DNA of 22,601 bases from NCBI RefSeq assembly GCF_004010195.1, contig NC_057719.1:50891008-50913608 (forward strand). The letters run 5' to 3'. The position numbers were made by a program, and so were the translations under genes. The notes below the pieces were generated by a model. The model was not told the DNA's origin. It did no database searches and saw nothing but the letters and a program-made list of their open reading frames with translations. Positions 1 through 11,491 of the stretch are shown one piece after another (position 1 is the stretch's first letter; each line of letters opens with the position of its first letter). Origin of the DNA: Chiloscyllium plagiosum (lineage: Eukaryota).

Positions 1-332
1 TAAACAATTGAAGATTTCTTTGCTGTAGACTAAACGCAATTGAATTTGTGTTTTTGAAGTGTTTGTGTTTAATAGATAGTAGAAGTTCTATTTTGGTCTA
101 TATTTTAATGTGACCAGTACATTAATTCATAATCAGTAAGATGCTAAAGTCAGAAGAATTATCCTAAGAATGTAAATTATCAGAGAGACCTGGATGCTGC
201 ATTGACCCAAAAATAATGTTCTTTCACAATTTTAAAAACGAAAAGAATAGTTCAATTATATATTACACATCCTCAGATAAGTAGTGTTATGGGTCTGCAA
301 GGGAATGTGCAAGTTTGCAGTAAATGAAATGT

Positions 333-442
333 GTTGTTGACTTGCTTGCTGAGCTGGTAAGTTTGTTCTCAGTTTTACCAGCTCCGCGAGCAAGCCAACA
401 ACTTCACCCACAACCTGAGCTACAAATCTTCTTGAATACTCC
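333..442 (+). mobile_element. Miniature fold-back Penelope-like element remnant (family 1)
   Basis: Inverted arms 333-360 and 375-402 (25/28 match). The tail caacctgagctacaaa is shared with the element at 1812-2501. Flanked by aaatgaaatgtgt (322-334) and aaatgcaatgtgt (443-455), a 13 bp TSD with one mismatch. Confidence 0.75.
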
Positions 443-1851
443 AAATGCAATGTGTATAAAAAATCACCTGGAGACAGCAGATAGAGGGTGATCGTGTGGG
501 GAGGTTCATGTGCATTTGATTTTAACTCACTTATCCACTTAAATTAATAGAAAGATGACAACATGGGCTTTGTTACAGGCTTCAGTTCTCCTCACCTAGT
601 TTTCTTCTGTGTTGTACTCTAGTAAGACTTATACCCTCAAGCACAATAGGAAAAAAAATCTTCCTCAATATGTCACTGATGTGGCGAAGTCATCAAGTGT
701 ATCAGATGCTAATGATTGGAGCTTAATGATCACAAAAAAATGTGTTTGGAATCTGGTACTTGTGTTACATTGATATTGTTTATAATAGATTATCTTTAAC
801 ACTGTATCAAAGTATGATTTATATGAGAAATTATTTATGTGAAAAATAACAATGATTGGACAATTTCAGAAATGAGAAATTTCTGTCACTTGGCAGAATT
901 CTAACATTTGATCACATAATTCAGACCCTTTATTTCTGATCTTTGCTTGGCCAAAGGGAGCCATCTCTCATCCCCTCTTTAATCCACTGCCAATCTGACT
1001 TATTTCTGTACTTGGCAGGTGCAGAGGTTCTTATCCTGTTCATTGCTGCTCTCAAGACTAGTTTTCCAAGGCCCTACCTGTGTTAGGCCTTCTTTCCAGT
1101 GCCACTTCAGTCACTGTTGCTGGCCAAGGAAGGCTGGATTTTCTTACCCAATCAAAGGGCCCATTCGCAATGGAGAAATCAATTCCTGCCTCCTATTTTT
1201 CTTCACGCTTCATTCCAGACGTGGGAAGCTGAGAGATTCCAGTCAGCCTTGGTCTAAATCTCATCCCATCCGCAGCATCAGTCATGGCCCTGCATTGCCT
1301 TTAGCTTGGCCTGCTTGTTCACAGATGAGTACAGATTGATTTCAAATGGAAGGGAAGGCAGAAGTGAGTCAGTTCAAGGTGGGAGAGAAGGCTTAAGTAG
1401 TGTCAATTGGAGGCAGTTAGGGAGGAAGATGTACGTATGGAGAGTATGAAGATAAGCTTCACTGAGACTTCAGTCAGCATGGACTTTGTAAATCTACATG
1501 ACTCTATAAAATAACAATATTTTGTAAAGTGCTTTAAGGCCACAGATTTTTATGTTTACATTTAACATATAAAATATAATATATATTAAAGACAAGATGT
1601 TCTTCAACTGGAAAGGGTGCAGAAATGATTTACAAGGATACTACTGAGCCTGGAGTTATAAGGAGAGGCTGGATAGGATGGGACATCTTTCTCTAGAGCT
1701 TAAGAGGCTGAGGGCTTTATAAAAATTTATAAAATCATGAGAGGCATAGATAAGGTGAATAGCAAAGATCTTTTCCCTGGGGTCTGGGAATTCACCACTA
1801 GATAGCTTAGCTTTAGGGGTAGGTTTGCTCGCTGAACTGTAGGTTTGATAT

Positions 1852-1891
1852 CCAGACATTTCATTACCTGGCTAGGTAACATCATCAGTGG
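1852..1891 (-). ncRNA. Minimal hammerhead ribozyme motif (decayed) in PLE terminal repeat
   Basis: Minus strand reads cca-CTGATGA-t-gttacc-tagcca-ggtaat-GAAA-tGTC-tgg: core boxes, stem II and a short cca/tgg stem I. The C of GAAAC is mutated to T. Confidence 0.7.
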
Positions 1892-2108
1892 CGACCTCCA
1901 AGTGAAGCGAAGCGAAGCTGTTGTCTCCTGCTTTCTATTTATATGTTTGTCCTGGATGAGGTTCCTGGGGTTTGTGGTGATGTCATTTCCTGTTCATTTT
2001 CTGAGGGGTTGATAGATGGTGTCTAGATTTATGTGTTTGTTTATGGCTTTGTGGTTGGAGTGCCAGGCCTCTAGGAATTCTCTAGCCTGTCTTTGCTTAG
2101 CCTGTCCC

Positions 2109-2175
2109 AGTTTTCTTCTGTGTTGTACTCTAGTAAGCCTTATACCCTCGAGCACAATAGGAAAAAAAATCTTCC
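2109..2175 (+). repeat. 67 bp direct copy of local sequence 598-664
   Basis: agttttcttctgtgttgtactctagtaag(c/a)cttataccctc(g/a)agcacaataggaaaaaaaatcttcc, 65/67 identical to 598-664. Confidence 0.97.
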
Positions 2176-2383
2176 CAGGCTAAGCAAAGACATGCCAGAG
2201 AATTTCTAGAGGCCTGGCACTCCAATCACAACGCCATAAACAAACACACAGATTGAGATGCCATCTATTAACCCCTCAGAAAATGAACAGGAAATAACTT
2301 CACCACAAACCCCAGGAACCCCATCCAGGACAAACATATAAATAGAAAGCAGGAGACAACAGCTTCGCTTCACTTGGAGGTTG

Positions 2384-2423
2384 CCAATTATGATATTACC
2401 TAGCCAGGTAATGAAACGTCTGG
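2384..2423 (+). ncRNA. Second copy of the minimal hammerhead motif (CUGAUGA box mutated)
   Basis: cca-attatga-t-attacc-tagcca-ggtaat-GAAACGTC-tgg. The GAAACGTC half is intact and the first box is damaged. Confidence 0.6.
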
Positions 2424-2881
2424 ATATCAAACCTACAGCTCAGTGAGCAAACCTACACTCTAAACCTCAACCTGAGCTACAAACCTTCACAAACCTTGCA
2501 AATAGCTTAGCTTTTAGGTGAGAGGGGAAAGATTTAAAAGGGATCTGAGGGACAATTTTTCATACAGAGGAGGTGCATATGTGGAATGAACTGCCAGAGG
2601 AAGTGGTAGAGGTGGGTACAATTACAGTATTCAAAAGATATTTTGACAGATACATCAATAGCAAAGCTTTACAGGGATATGGACCAAACGCAGGCAAATA
2701 GGACTAGTTCAGTTTAGGAAACCTGGACAGCATGAACAAAAGGCCTTTTCCCTGCTATATGACTCTATGACCTGAACTTTAATAAATGTTACTAGGCTTC
2801 CATATTACATTGTTTTTCTGACACCAAAGTCATGTTAATTTTCTAGAGTAATCTTTTAATTATGTATATCATTCGCAAAGT

Positions 2882-2945
2882 ATAGGCATTACTGGCAAAC
2901 CCAACCTTTGTTGCCCATCCCTAATTGCCCTTGAGAAGGCGGTGA
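2882..2945 (-). mobile_element. Short remnant of a shark LINE-type repeat end
   Basis: ttgcccatccctaattgcccttgagaagg is a motif I recall from a common elasmobranch interspersed repeat. It is short and the family is uncertain. Confidence 0.4.
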
Positions 2946-3907
2946 CAAATTAAAATGGGGTCACATTTGAAAATAATTTGTTAAACATGCACTTCATCCA
3001 GAAAGGTAATATTGTTTGTTAGGTATGGACTTTATTCTGTGTTACACGTGCTAACTGCTCTGAATCCTGAAGTACTGGCATCACTTTGACAATTTTCTAC
3101 AAATACGGTGGTCTACAAACTTGACAGTAACAAGCAGTAAGGAAAGAGAAATCTAATGTTTCACCCAATTGAAATAGCCTAGAAATGTGAATCTCACTAC
3201 AGATTTAAAAGCGCTATAGTTATATGTTTCCCTGTCCCCAAAAACTCTGATTTTTCTTTCTTCACAGAATCACAGAACTGTTTTGATGCAGAATGAGGCT
3301 ATTTAAAAATCACCAAGTATCAATTTCAGCAAGTTTGTTGCAGGCTTTCTTTCCATTGGCTCAAGAAAATATTCTTGTGCAATTTTATGCTGCCCACCTC
3401 ATTACCTATAGTTTGAGTTTCTTGCCATCAGCATCATATGTAAAGCACAGTCATGGACTAGTTCAAATGCTGCAAGCCACAAATTGCACAGTTCTATTGT
3501 GGGAAGAATTGCTCCAGAGATGGCCAAAACAACAAGCTGGCATCCCACTTCACTGGCAGTGTTTGGAGCACATGGTGGATGGTGTGGTGCACAAAAGAGA
3601 CAATTCCTCAGGATTGCCAGAGGAGACCCTGCTAACTCTGGTTTTCTTTAATTGCATAGTTGTGATCTATTGCCTGTCTGCCTAGGCTTGTAATTCTGGT
3701 GCAACCACCTGCTATACATGTGTACACCTAGTTCTCATCTTTATGGATGCACAATAGTGACTTCAGCCACTGCTCAAATTTTGAAAGCCAGAGTTCAAGT
3801 TTGGCCACTAGTTACATAGCAATATAGAAACAAAAGGAAATAGGAACAAGAGTAGGCCATCTGGACCTTCAAGCTGCTCCACTATTCAATATGATCATGG
3901 CTGATCA

Positions 3908-4678
3908 TGGAAGCTAGAGATGTGATTGCTGGGCCTCTTACTGAGATATTTGTATCATCGATAGTCACAGGTGAGATGCCGGAAGACTGGGGGTTGGCAA
4001 ACGTGGTGCCACTGTTTAAGAAGGGCAGTAAAGACAAGCCAGGGAACTATAGACCGGTCAGCCTGACCTCAGTAGTGGGCAAGTTTTTAGATTACTTACA
4101 GTGTGGAAACAGGCCCTTCGGCCCAACAAGTCCACACCGACCCGCTGAAGCGCAACCCACCCATACCCCTACNNNNNNNCATCTTTGGACTGTGGGAGGA
4201 AACCGGAGCACCCGGAGGAAACCCACGCAGACACGGGGAGAACGTGCAAACTCCACACAGTCACTTGCCTGAGGCGGGAATTGAACCTGGGTCTCGGGCG
4301 CTGTGAGGCAGCAGTGCTAACCACTGTGCCACCGTGCCGCCCATAAGTTGTTGGAGGGAATCCTGAGGGACAAGATATACATGTATTTGGAAAGGCATAG
4401 GTTTAGGTTGAGATGGGTAAGATATAAAAGAGACCTAAGGAGCAACCTTTTCACGCAGAGGGTGGTATGTGTATGGAATGAGCTGCCAGAGGATGTGGTG
4501 GAGGCTGGTACAGTTGCAACATTTAAGAGGCATTTGGATGGGTATATGAATAGGAAGGGTTTGGAGGGATATGGGCCGGGTGCTGGCAGGTGGGACTAGA
4601 TTGGGTTGGGATATCTGGTCAGCGTGGACAGGTTGGACCAAAGGCTCTGTTTCCATGCTGTGCATCTCTATGACTCTA
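3908..4678 (+). mobile_element. CR1/HER1 LINE fragment with large internal deletion, carrying a nested SINE
   Basis: Encodes PEDW.LANVVPLFKKGSKDKPGNYRPVSLTSVVGK|LLEGILRDKIY (CR1 RT N-terminal motifs). At about 4395 it jumps to the ORF2 C-terminus, followed by the 3' UTR and a tatgactcta tail. Confidence 0.92.
4086..4342 (-). mobile_element. HE1-type tRNA-derived SINE (with assembly gap at 4173-4179)
   Basis: Minus strand begins gggcggcacggtggcacagtggttagcactgctgcctcacagc, with B box ggttcaattcc, a LINE-like 3' end and an aatctaa tail. The TSD aagtt lies at 4081-4085 and 4345-4349. Confidence 0.92.
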
Positions 4679-5240
4679 ACTCTGTTCCTGCTTTCTCTCT
4701 GTATCCTTTCATTCCCTTACCCTTAAAGAATATACCTAACTCTTTGAGGCCAAAACCTTTAACGTTTTCAATCATTTTCTTTGGCAGAGAATTCCACAGG
4801 TTCACCACTCTCTGTGTGAAGAAATATCTCCTTGTCTCAGCCCTAAATAGCCTACCCCATAACCTTTAGACTGTGTCCCCAGTCATCAGGAACATCTTCC
4901 TTGTGTTTGCCCACTCTAACCTTGTTAGAATTCTGTATGATTCCTGTCATTCTTCTAAATGGTTCCTGCCAATGTGTTTGTCTGGGGTGACTGGCATATC
5001 CATGATTTCACACATACCACAGGATTTACATTCCACTTTGCCCTTCTGATCTGTCATCCTATAACCCAAACAAACTATTTATTACCCTAAAAATAAGTAT
5101 GGACTTACTTTGAAAAATAAGCTATTTCCCAGAAAAATAAAGAAAGAAAGATACTTAAACACAAATTAAATACCCAACTTCCACTTCTTAGATTGGAAAT
5201 ACTATCCAGAAATACTCATCAATCAGCAGCTTTACCTGCA

Positions 5241-5560
5241 TTTTAGAATCCCCACTGTGTGGAAACAGGCCGTTCGGCCAACAAGTCCACACTTACCCTC
5301 CAAAAAGCATCCCACCCAGACCCATTCCCTTACACTTACCCCTATTCATGTACCAAACCTGTACATCCCAAAACACATTGGGCAATTTAGTATGGCTAAT
5401 TCACCTGACCTGCTCATCTTTGGATTGTGGGAGATAACTGAAGGAAACCCGCGCAAACACGGGGAAGAATGTGCAAACTCCACATAGACAGGCAGCTGAG
5501 GCTGGAATCGAACCTGGGTCTGTGAAGCAGCAGTGCTAACCACTGAGCCACCATGCTGCC
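5241..5560 (-). mobile_element. HE1-type SINE, near full length
   Basis: Minus-strand A box tggctcagtgg and B box ggttcgattcc. The body is similar to the other copies. Confidence 0.9.
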
Positions 5561-6970
5561 ACTTGTGATATCTTTTGTCTTAGTACAGACAGGCCCCTCA
5601 CTCCATGCCTAATTACTTCTCTGCTCACCCTTCATTCTGGAGTGTTTAACCTTATTTAAAGTACCTCTTCCCTTCTGCCACAGTGTCCCACTCTGGCCGA
5701 AATTCTAGACTTAGTCTCACACTGGTGAAGACTCTCACTATCTGCGATCTCAAAAACTTTATAGAATCACATGAAAGCTGAACAGCTGAAACATCTATTT
5801 TCTCTGAACAGTTTCTAGAAGACTTTCTCTTAAAATCCTGAAGAAACCACATCTGGAAATATTTTAAAAGATACAGCTGTATGTGCCTAGTGACAACTGT
5901 CTGTGTTGAGTGGTCCCTTTATGTGGGTGGACAAGGATGCCAGATAGTAGCAATCTATAAAATTTCATAATTTATTCCTTTTATTCTACAGGAATTAACT
6001 GTTTTAGACAAAATGCACAACCCTCCCCCCTCCATGAAGTTCATAGCTGCAGAGAATGCTTCCTTATTTTTTTCCATAATGTTTTGTTTGAGTGTGATTG
6101 TGGGATAATTTAGCAGGGTAAATATTTCAATATTTCCAACTGTGTGTCGATCAGCTTTATATTTTTGTTAAATAGCTCGTCATTATAATTTGCTATTTGT
6201 TAAAGAGTGATGTTTTATACGGAACCTTAGGTAGACAAAATATACCATTGGCCATATTGGGTAGACACACTGGTATTTAGAAGCCTGAAAGTCAAACCAT
6301 TAGTTCTGCCATTTTCTGCTTCAAAGTGGCATTGTCTCCAGCTTTCATCTCCTTTCTGGTCAATGTTTGATGAGGTTAGGGAAGGGTTGTTGTTTGGTTG
6401 TATAACATGCTGTCTCCCATGGACTGATCCCATCAGTATGTAAGTTAATTATGCATCCCATACAGGATTCTGGGTCCATGTTTGCAGGGTTACCTCAACA
6501 CACCAAAGAGGTACCCTAGCTATTAAAAAAAGAAATACATGAGAACAAACCAGTTTTTACCTGATCTAATCTCCACACTTCAAGTTTCACAATCCAGACA
6601 TTCCAAAATCCCATTTCAGTGAAGTGGCTGATCATTTAAGTGCCAGCTGCCTCATGAACTACACATGTGTGAAGCATGGACTGTCCAATCTGCCTCAAAA
6701 TATGGTAAGGTCAACTTCGGGAGCTAGACTTGCCATTCTCTTAAAAAATCCTGCATTTTCCCCAAGGTAGAGGCTTTTCCCATCCTGATGAAAATCTAAG
6801 CCTGAATCTCCCTCCCTGATCGAAATGATATGTATGGCTTATAAGCCAAAAGATATGAATAAATTATGGAATGTCATTCTGAAAAGGAATCACTGCACAT
6901 AAGAGGTAATCACCTTGTCACAAGTGTTTTGAAGATTAAATTTCAAATTTGTCTAAACATCTGAATCAGT

Positions 6971-7122
6971 TTAGATTAGATTAGATTACTTACAGTGTGG
7001 AAACAGGCCCTTCGGCCCAACAAGTCCACACCGACCCGCCGAAGCGCAACCCACCCATTTCCCTACATTTACCCCTATACCTAACACTACGGGCAATTTA
7101 GCATGGCCAATTCACCTGACCT
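6971..7122 (-). mobile_element. 5'-truncated HE1-type SINE with (AATCT)n tail
   Basis: ttagattagattagattacttacagtgtggaaacaggcccttcggcccaac is near-identical to 4086-4165. The tRNA-derived head is missing. Confidence 0.9.
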
Positions 7123-7564
7123 TGCTATAAAGCCCAGGATAAATTACAGTTCAAAAACACTGGTTATCAGAATAATAATAGAGAGAGATGGACAGGCAAA
7201 AGCAAGGGAGATGGGATGGAAGAGAAGAAAAATTGAGATAGAAGCAAAAAAAGAAGAAACAGACATTTGCCAGCACCCTCAGTGACAGGAAGTTAGAATT
7301 GTTGTTTCTAAAAAGATCCAGTTAGTAAAAATAGTGAAGCTGTCAGGAATGACTTAATCCAATGGTTCAGATTTAGTTTGAAGGGTTTCACTGAGTAATC
7401 AAGCCCTCAATAACTGTGGTTAAAGATATAAACGTAATCACTTTTCTCCAACAAAATTAAGCTGAAAATGTGGCCTAAGGTAAAACAGTATGTTATTAAA
7501 GATAAATAAAAGGTTCTAAATGTTTCAATTTCTCTTTTACATTGACCTATTTTGTTTTATTTAG

Positions 7565-7696
7565 GATGAAGATCCTCCCAGTGAGGGACAAGTAATTTCA
7601 AAGACACACAAAGGATTGCAAAAATACTCACTTGGCACAATGTTGGCACAAGTCAGTCAAGGTCCATATGCTCCACAAGAAATACATCATCCTGAG
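7565..7696 (+). CDS. KIAA0586: Internal coding exon of TALPID3/KIAA0586 (phase 0-0, 44 codons)
   Basis: Acceptor ttttgttttatttag|GAT and donor GAG|gtaaaa. Open 132 nt encoding DEDPPSEGQVISKTHKGLQKYSLGTMLAQVSQGPYAPQEIHHPE, resembling recalled human TALPID3 EDDPPSEGQVIRMSHK...AVYHSE. Not in the ORF track because it has no suitable start. Confidence 0.88.
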
Positions 7697-7793
7697 GTAA
7701 AAATAAGGAGTTACTTCTAATAAGATTTGTTTTGGTAATTTACCTGGTACTTCAATACTGCAGCAAGGTGGGGTTGCAAAAATTGGGGAACAT

Positions 7794-7893
7794 GGAACAT
7801 CAATTCTTCTGCTCCTCGGATGCTGCCTGACCTGCTGTGCTTTTCTAGCACCACGTGCTTGACTCTGATCTCCAGCATCTGCAGTCCTCACTT
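7794..7893 (+). mobile_element. Short PLE-derived terminal fragment (family 2)
   Basis: ggaacatcaattcttctgctcctcggatgctgcctgacctgctg...tctgatctccagcatctgcagtcctcactt matches 11388-11489 and the reverse complement of 17326-17428. Confidence 0.85.
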
Positions 7894-8030
7894 AGACCAC
7901 AACTGGAATACTGTACAATTTTGATCTCCTAACATGGTGGATGGTATAATGTTTTGGAAATGATTCATAGGAGAGTTTTGAGAATTATTCCAGGCTAGAA
8001 GAACCTTAGTTAGTCAGTTAGGCTTAAGGA
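7894..8030 (+). mobile_element. Old degraded CR1 fragment
   Basis: agaccacaactggaatactgtacaattttgatctcct is a decayed version of the RPHLEYCVQFWSP region seen in ORF 21799-22365. Confidence 0.55.
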
Positions 8031-8465
8031 GAAGGATTGATTCGCTTTGTGTAAAAAGTAGGAAGAGAGTAGACAAATTGGACCTTTGAGCTTTCTCCTT
8101 CAATCACGTCACTCATGCTGATCCTCTGTAAGAACACCACTTTCCTGCATTATCCCCATATCATTTAATTCCCATTGTATTGTAATTCCAATGCCTTTCT
8201 AGAATAATTCCAGAATTTTAGTAAATTGAAGTCAGCTTGTAATGTTCCTGGATATTATTAGAGTCCAGGTAAAAGTTCCATAGTGAGGGTTTACAGAGCC
8301 AGGTTCTAGAGCTTATGATAAAACTTGGGGAAAAAAGACAGATAATAAAATCTTATTTCTAGTAAAGAATTCAGTTTCATATCTTAGTTGTTACAATAAA
8401 AAATATTTAAGTGAGATATCCATCAAATATTGAAATAACATGCAACATTATAACCTTAATTTTCC

Positions 8466-9445
8466 AAGTTTTTTGAAGAAGATTGATGAGGGCAGAGCAG
8501 TAGATGTGATCTATATGGACTTCAGTAAGGCGTTCGACAAGGCTCCCCATGGGAGATCTCACGGAATACAGGGAGAACTAGCCATTTGGATATAGAACTG
8601 GCTCAAAGGTAGAAGAGGTAGAAGGTGGTGGTGACAGGTTGTTTTTCAGACTGGAGGCCTGTGACCATGGAGTGCCACAAGGATCGGTGCTGGGCCCTCT
8701 GCTTTTTGTCATTTACATAAATGATTTGGATACGAGCATAAGAGGTACAGTTAGTAAGTTTGCAGATGACACCAAAATTGGAGATGTAGTGGACAGCGAA
8801 GAGGGTTACCTCCGATTACAACAGGATCTTGACCAGATGGGCTGAGAAGTGGCAGATGGAGTTTAATTCAGATAAATGCGAGGTGCTGCAGTTTGGGAAA
8901 GCAAATCTTAGCGGGACTTATACACTTAATGGTAAGGTCCTTGGGAGTGTTGCTGAACAAAGAGACCTTGGAGTGCAGGTTCATAGCTCCTTGAAAGTGG
9001 AGTGATTTGAGCTACGGGGAGAGGCTGAACAGGCTGGGGCTGTTTTCCCTGGAGCGTCGGAGGCTGAGGGGTGGCCTTATAGAGGCTTACAAAATTGAGG
9101 GGCATGGATAGGATAAATAGGCAAAATCTTTTCCCTGGGGTTGGGGAGTTCAGAACTAGAGGGCATAGGTTCAGGGTGAGAGGGGAAAGATATAAAAGAG
9201 ACCTAAAGGGCAACATTTTCATGCAGAGGTGGTACGTGTATGGAATGAGCTGCCAGAGGATGTGGCGAAGGCAGATACAATTGCACCATTTAAGAGGCAT
9301 TTGGATGGGTATATGAATAGGAGGGGTTTGGAGGGATATGGGCTGGGTGCTGGCAGGTGGGATTAGTTTGGGTTGGGATATCTGGTTGGCATGGACATGT
9401 TGGACCGAAGGGTCTGTTTCCATGCTGTACACCTGTATGACTCTA
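8466..9445 (+). mobile_element. CR1/HER1 LINE RT fragment with 3' end
   Basis: RT motifs [23 protein letters not shown] and KFADD, with frameshifts and deletions. The 3' UTR ends tatgactcta. Confidence 0.95.
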
Positions 9446-9914
9446 AGTGAAATTCATCTAAGCTGTTTAAGCACATCTGCCTGGCCCTGTTTCCTCTGTT
9501 ATACGTAAAGTGGACCTTTGGGTTACATAATTAATTTCTTACATATAATTGTAATGAGGTCCTTTTTGCTCCAGATTTGGTTTTGATCACTGTTGGTTTC
9601 CCCAAAAGACAACCTTCTTTAATTCTTAAAGAAATGTGTAACTGTCACATTCCACTTAGTCAAGGCCTCACATATCCCAGGAAAGTGACCTTTGCTGAAT
9701 GGTTATGCCTCCTCAAAATCTTTCTTCAGTCAAGGGACTATGTTATAAAATTAGAATATGTTCCTGAACTATAAAATTTTCTATTTGAATGTGATTTAGT
9801 TATTAGTTCCTACTTCGGGCTATTTTCCTGGGTGAGGGGGGAAAAATGTGTTGCGTACATCTTTCTGGTTAATCTTTATTCTTATGCTCAAAAACCTTTA
9901 GCTTTAGACCTGTG

Positions 9915-10040
9915 TACATTTAGAAGCAAGCTGATTGAGGTTTTTAAAATAATGAAAGAGGCTGCATAGCAAAACAATTGATAAATAATTCCAGTTTGAC
10001 AGATTGGTGAGGACCAGCAATATCCAGTTAAACCACAAGG
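9915..10040 (+). mobile_element. Very old CR1-like fragment
   Basis: ctgattgaggtttttaaaataatgaaa encodes LIEVFKIMK, the CR1 ORF2 C-terminal motif (compare LIEVYKMIRG in ORF 10663-10848). Confidence 0.4.
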
Positions 10041-10429
10041 AAATAGAAATAGACAGGATATTGGGTCGTAAACCTTGAGTATACGTTGCCAACTGGTACA
10101 GTGGGTTCTTCTTCTCCACTCATCTTCAAGAAAGAGCTGCACCAATTCTTGACTGAGATATAGATTTAATGGTAAAAAATGTTCGCTTGTTCAGCAGATT
10201 TCCAAAATTGGCAACTCAGAGATCAGATGTTTTAAATACATGTGCCAAGCTTGAGAATGAGACTAACATACAGGGTTTGAAAGAAAAAAAATCTCTACTC
10301 ATCCCCAAGTCTGAAACTGGTCAAAGTCGAAATTCCTTGGCTTTGTTTTAATCCTTATTACCCAGCGAGCCAGTCTATCCCACACACTGTAGACTTTTAT
10401 CTGCTGTCTGATACTACACAATTGAAAGA

Positions 10430-11012
10430 ATAGAACATAGAACAATACAGCACAGAACAGGCCCTTCAGCCCACGATGTTGTGCCGAACATTTGTCCTAG
10501 CTTAAGGCCCCATCCATGTAACTATCCAATTGCCGCTTAAAGGTCACCAAAGATTCTGACTCTACCACTCCCACAGGCAGCGCATTCCATGCCCCCACCA
10601 CTCTCTGGGTAAAGAACCCACCCCTGACATCTCCCCTGTACCTTCCACCCTTCACCTTAAATTTATGTCCCCTTGTAACACTCTGTTGTACCCGGGGAAA
10701 AAAGTTTCTGACTGTCGACTCTATCTATTCCTCTGATCATCTTATAAACCTCTATCAAGTCACCCCTCATCCTTCGCCGTTCGATTGAGAAAAGGCCTAG
10801 CACTTTCAACCTATCCTCGTACGACCTATTCTCCATTCCAGGCAACATCCTGGTAAATCATCTCTGCACCCTCTCCAAAGCTTTCACATCTTTCCTAAAG
10901 TGAGGCGACCAGAACTGCACACAGTACTCCAAATGTGGCCTAACCAAAGTCCTGTACAGTTGCAACATCACTTCACGACTCTTGAATTCAATCCCTCTGC
11001 TAATGAACGCTA
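10430..11012 (-). mobile_element. CR1 LINE 3' fragment inserted in the copia-like element
   Basis: Encodes RPHLEYCVQFWSP and GLFSIERRRMRGDLIEVYKMIRGIDRVD. The tail reads atagaacatagaac on the + strand. Confidence 0.93.
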
Positions 11013-11334
11013 AAATCTGCCACCAAAGCATTCATCGCTGGGCTAAAATGTTTTGTGACCAATCTAATGGCCTCTCCTTGATCCATATCTCCATCTTTTT
11101 CTGAATCTACTCTTTTTTTGTATTTAGTTTCAAATTAATTAATTCTGTTAATATCATTTGGAAATCGCACCTGAAACATTAATTAATTACACGCTGCGCA
11201 TTTCTGGAGTTCATTCTTTCATTGTAATTCACAAATACTCTTTGAGTCTCAAAGTTGTCAAAAGCATTTTTGTCCACATTTTTCTTAGTTAAAAGTCTTC
11301 TTTCTTACTGTCACTTGTGACCTATATCTAGACT

Positions 11335-11491
11335 TTAAAATGTGTTGCTGGAAAAGCGCAGCAGGTCAGGCAGCATCAAAGGAACAGGAAACGTCGATTC
11401 TCCTGTTCCTTTGATGCTGCCTGACCTGCTGCGCTTTTCCAGCAACACATTTTTAAGCTCTGATCTCCAGCATCTGCAGTCCTCACTTTCT
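11335..11491 (+). mobile_element. Young fold-back PLE-derived insertion (family 2) with a perfect 53 bp hairpin
   Basis: 11337-11389 is the exact reverse complement of 11401-11453, with loop aacgtcgattc and a 38 nt tail. A perfect direct repeat cctatatctagact lies at 11321-11334 and 11492-11505. Confidence 0.93.

Larger units (their letters stand above)
1812..2501 (+). mobile_element. Penelope-like element 3' end in inverted (fold-back) configuration, family 1 (Penelope/Poseidon-like)
   Basis: Arms 1812-2104 and 2176-2464 are reverse complements (about 25 differences counted by eye). They encode the GIY-YIG C-terminus QAKQRHAREFLEAWHSNHNAINKH. A 37 nt tail follows, and the TSD atagcttagcttt lies at 1802-1814 and 2502-2514. 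Confidence 0.88.
1594..2771 (+). mobile_element. CR1/HER1 LINE 3' fragment, split by the PLE at 1812-2501
   Basis: Decayed RT C-terminal coding sequence and 3' UTR similar to 9005-9445, ending in the tatgactctatgac tail. Confidence 0.85.
3815..4960 (-). mobile_element. Older CR1 LINE 3' fragment (pieces 3815-3906 and 4679-4960) interrupted by a younger LINE
   Basis: agtaggccat...aatatgatcatggctgatc matches 21440-21500. After the insert it resumes with ctgttcctgctttctctc...agagaattccacaggttcaccactctctg, collinear with 21517 onward. Confidence 0.8.

Noticed and set aside
1019..1339. 106 aa ORF on the + strand
   Set aside because: Non-ATG start, no recognisable motif, and a length compatible with chance in intronic DNA.
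4173..4179. Apparent internal deletion in the SINE
   Set aside because: It coincides with a run of Ns, so it is an assembly gap rather than biology.
5978..6080. Strong-looking splice acceptor (ttttattctacag) as an extra exon
   Set aside because: The downstream peptide shows no resemblance to TALPID3 and I found no convincing matching donor.
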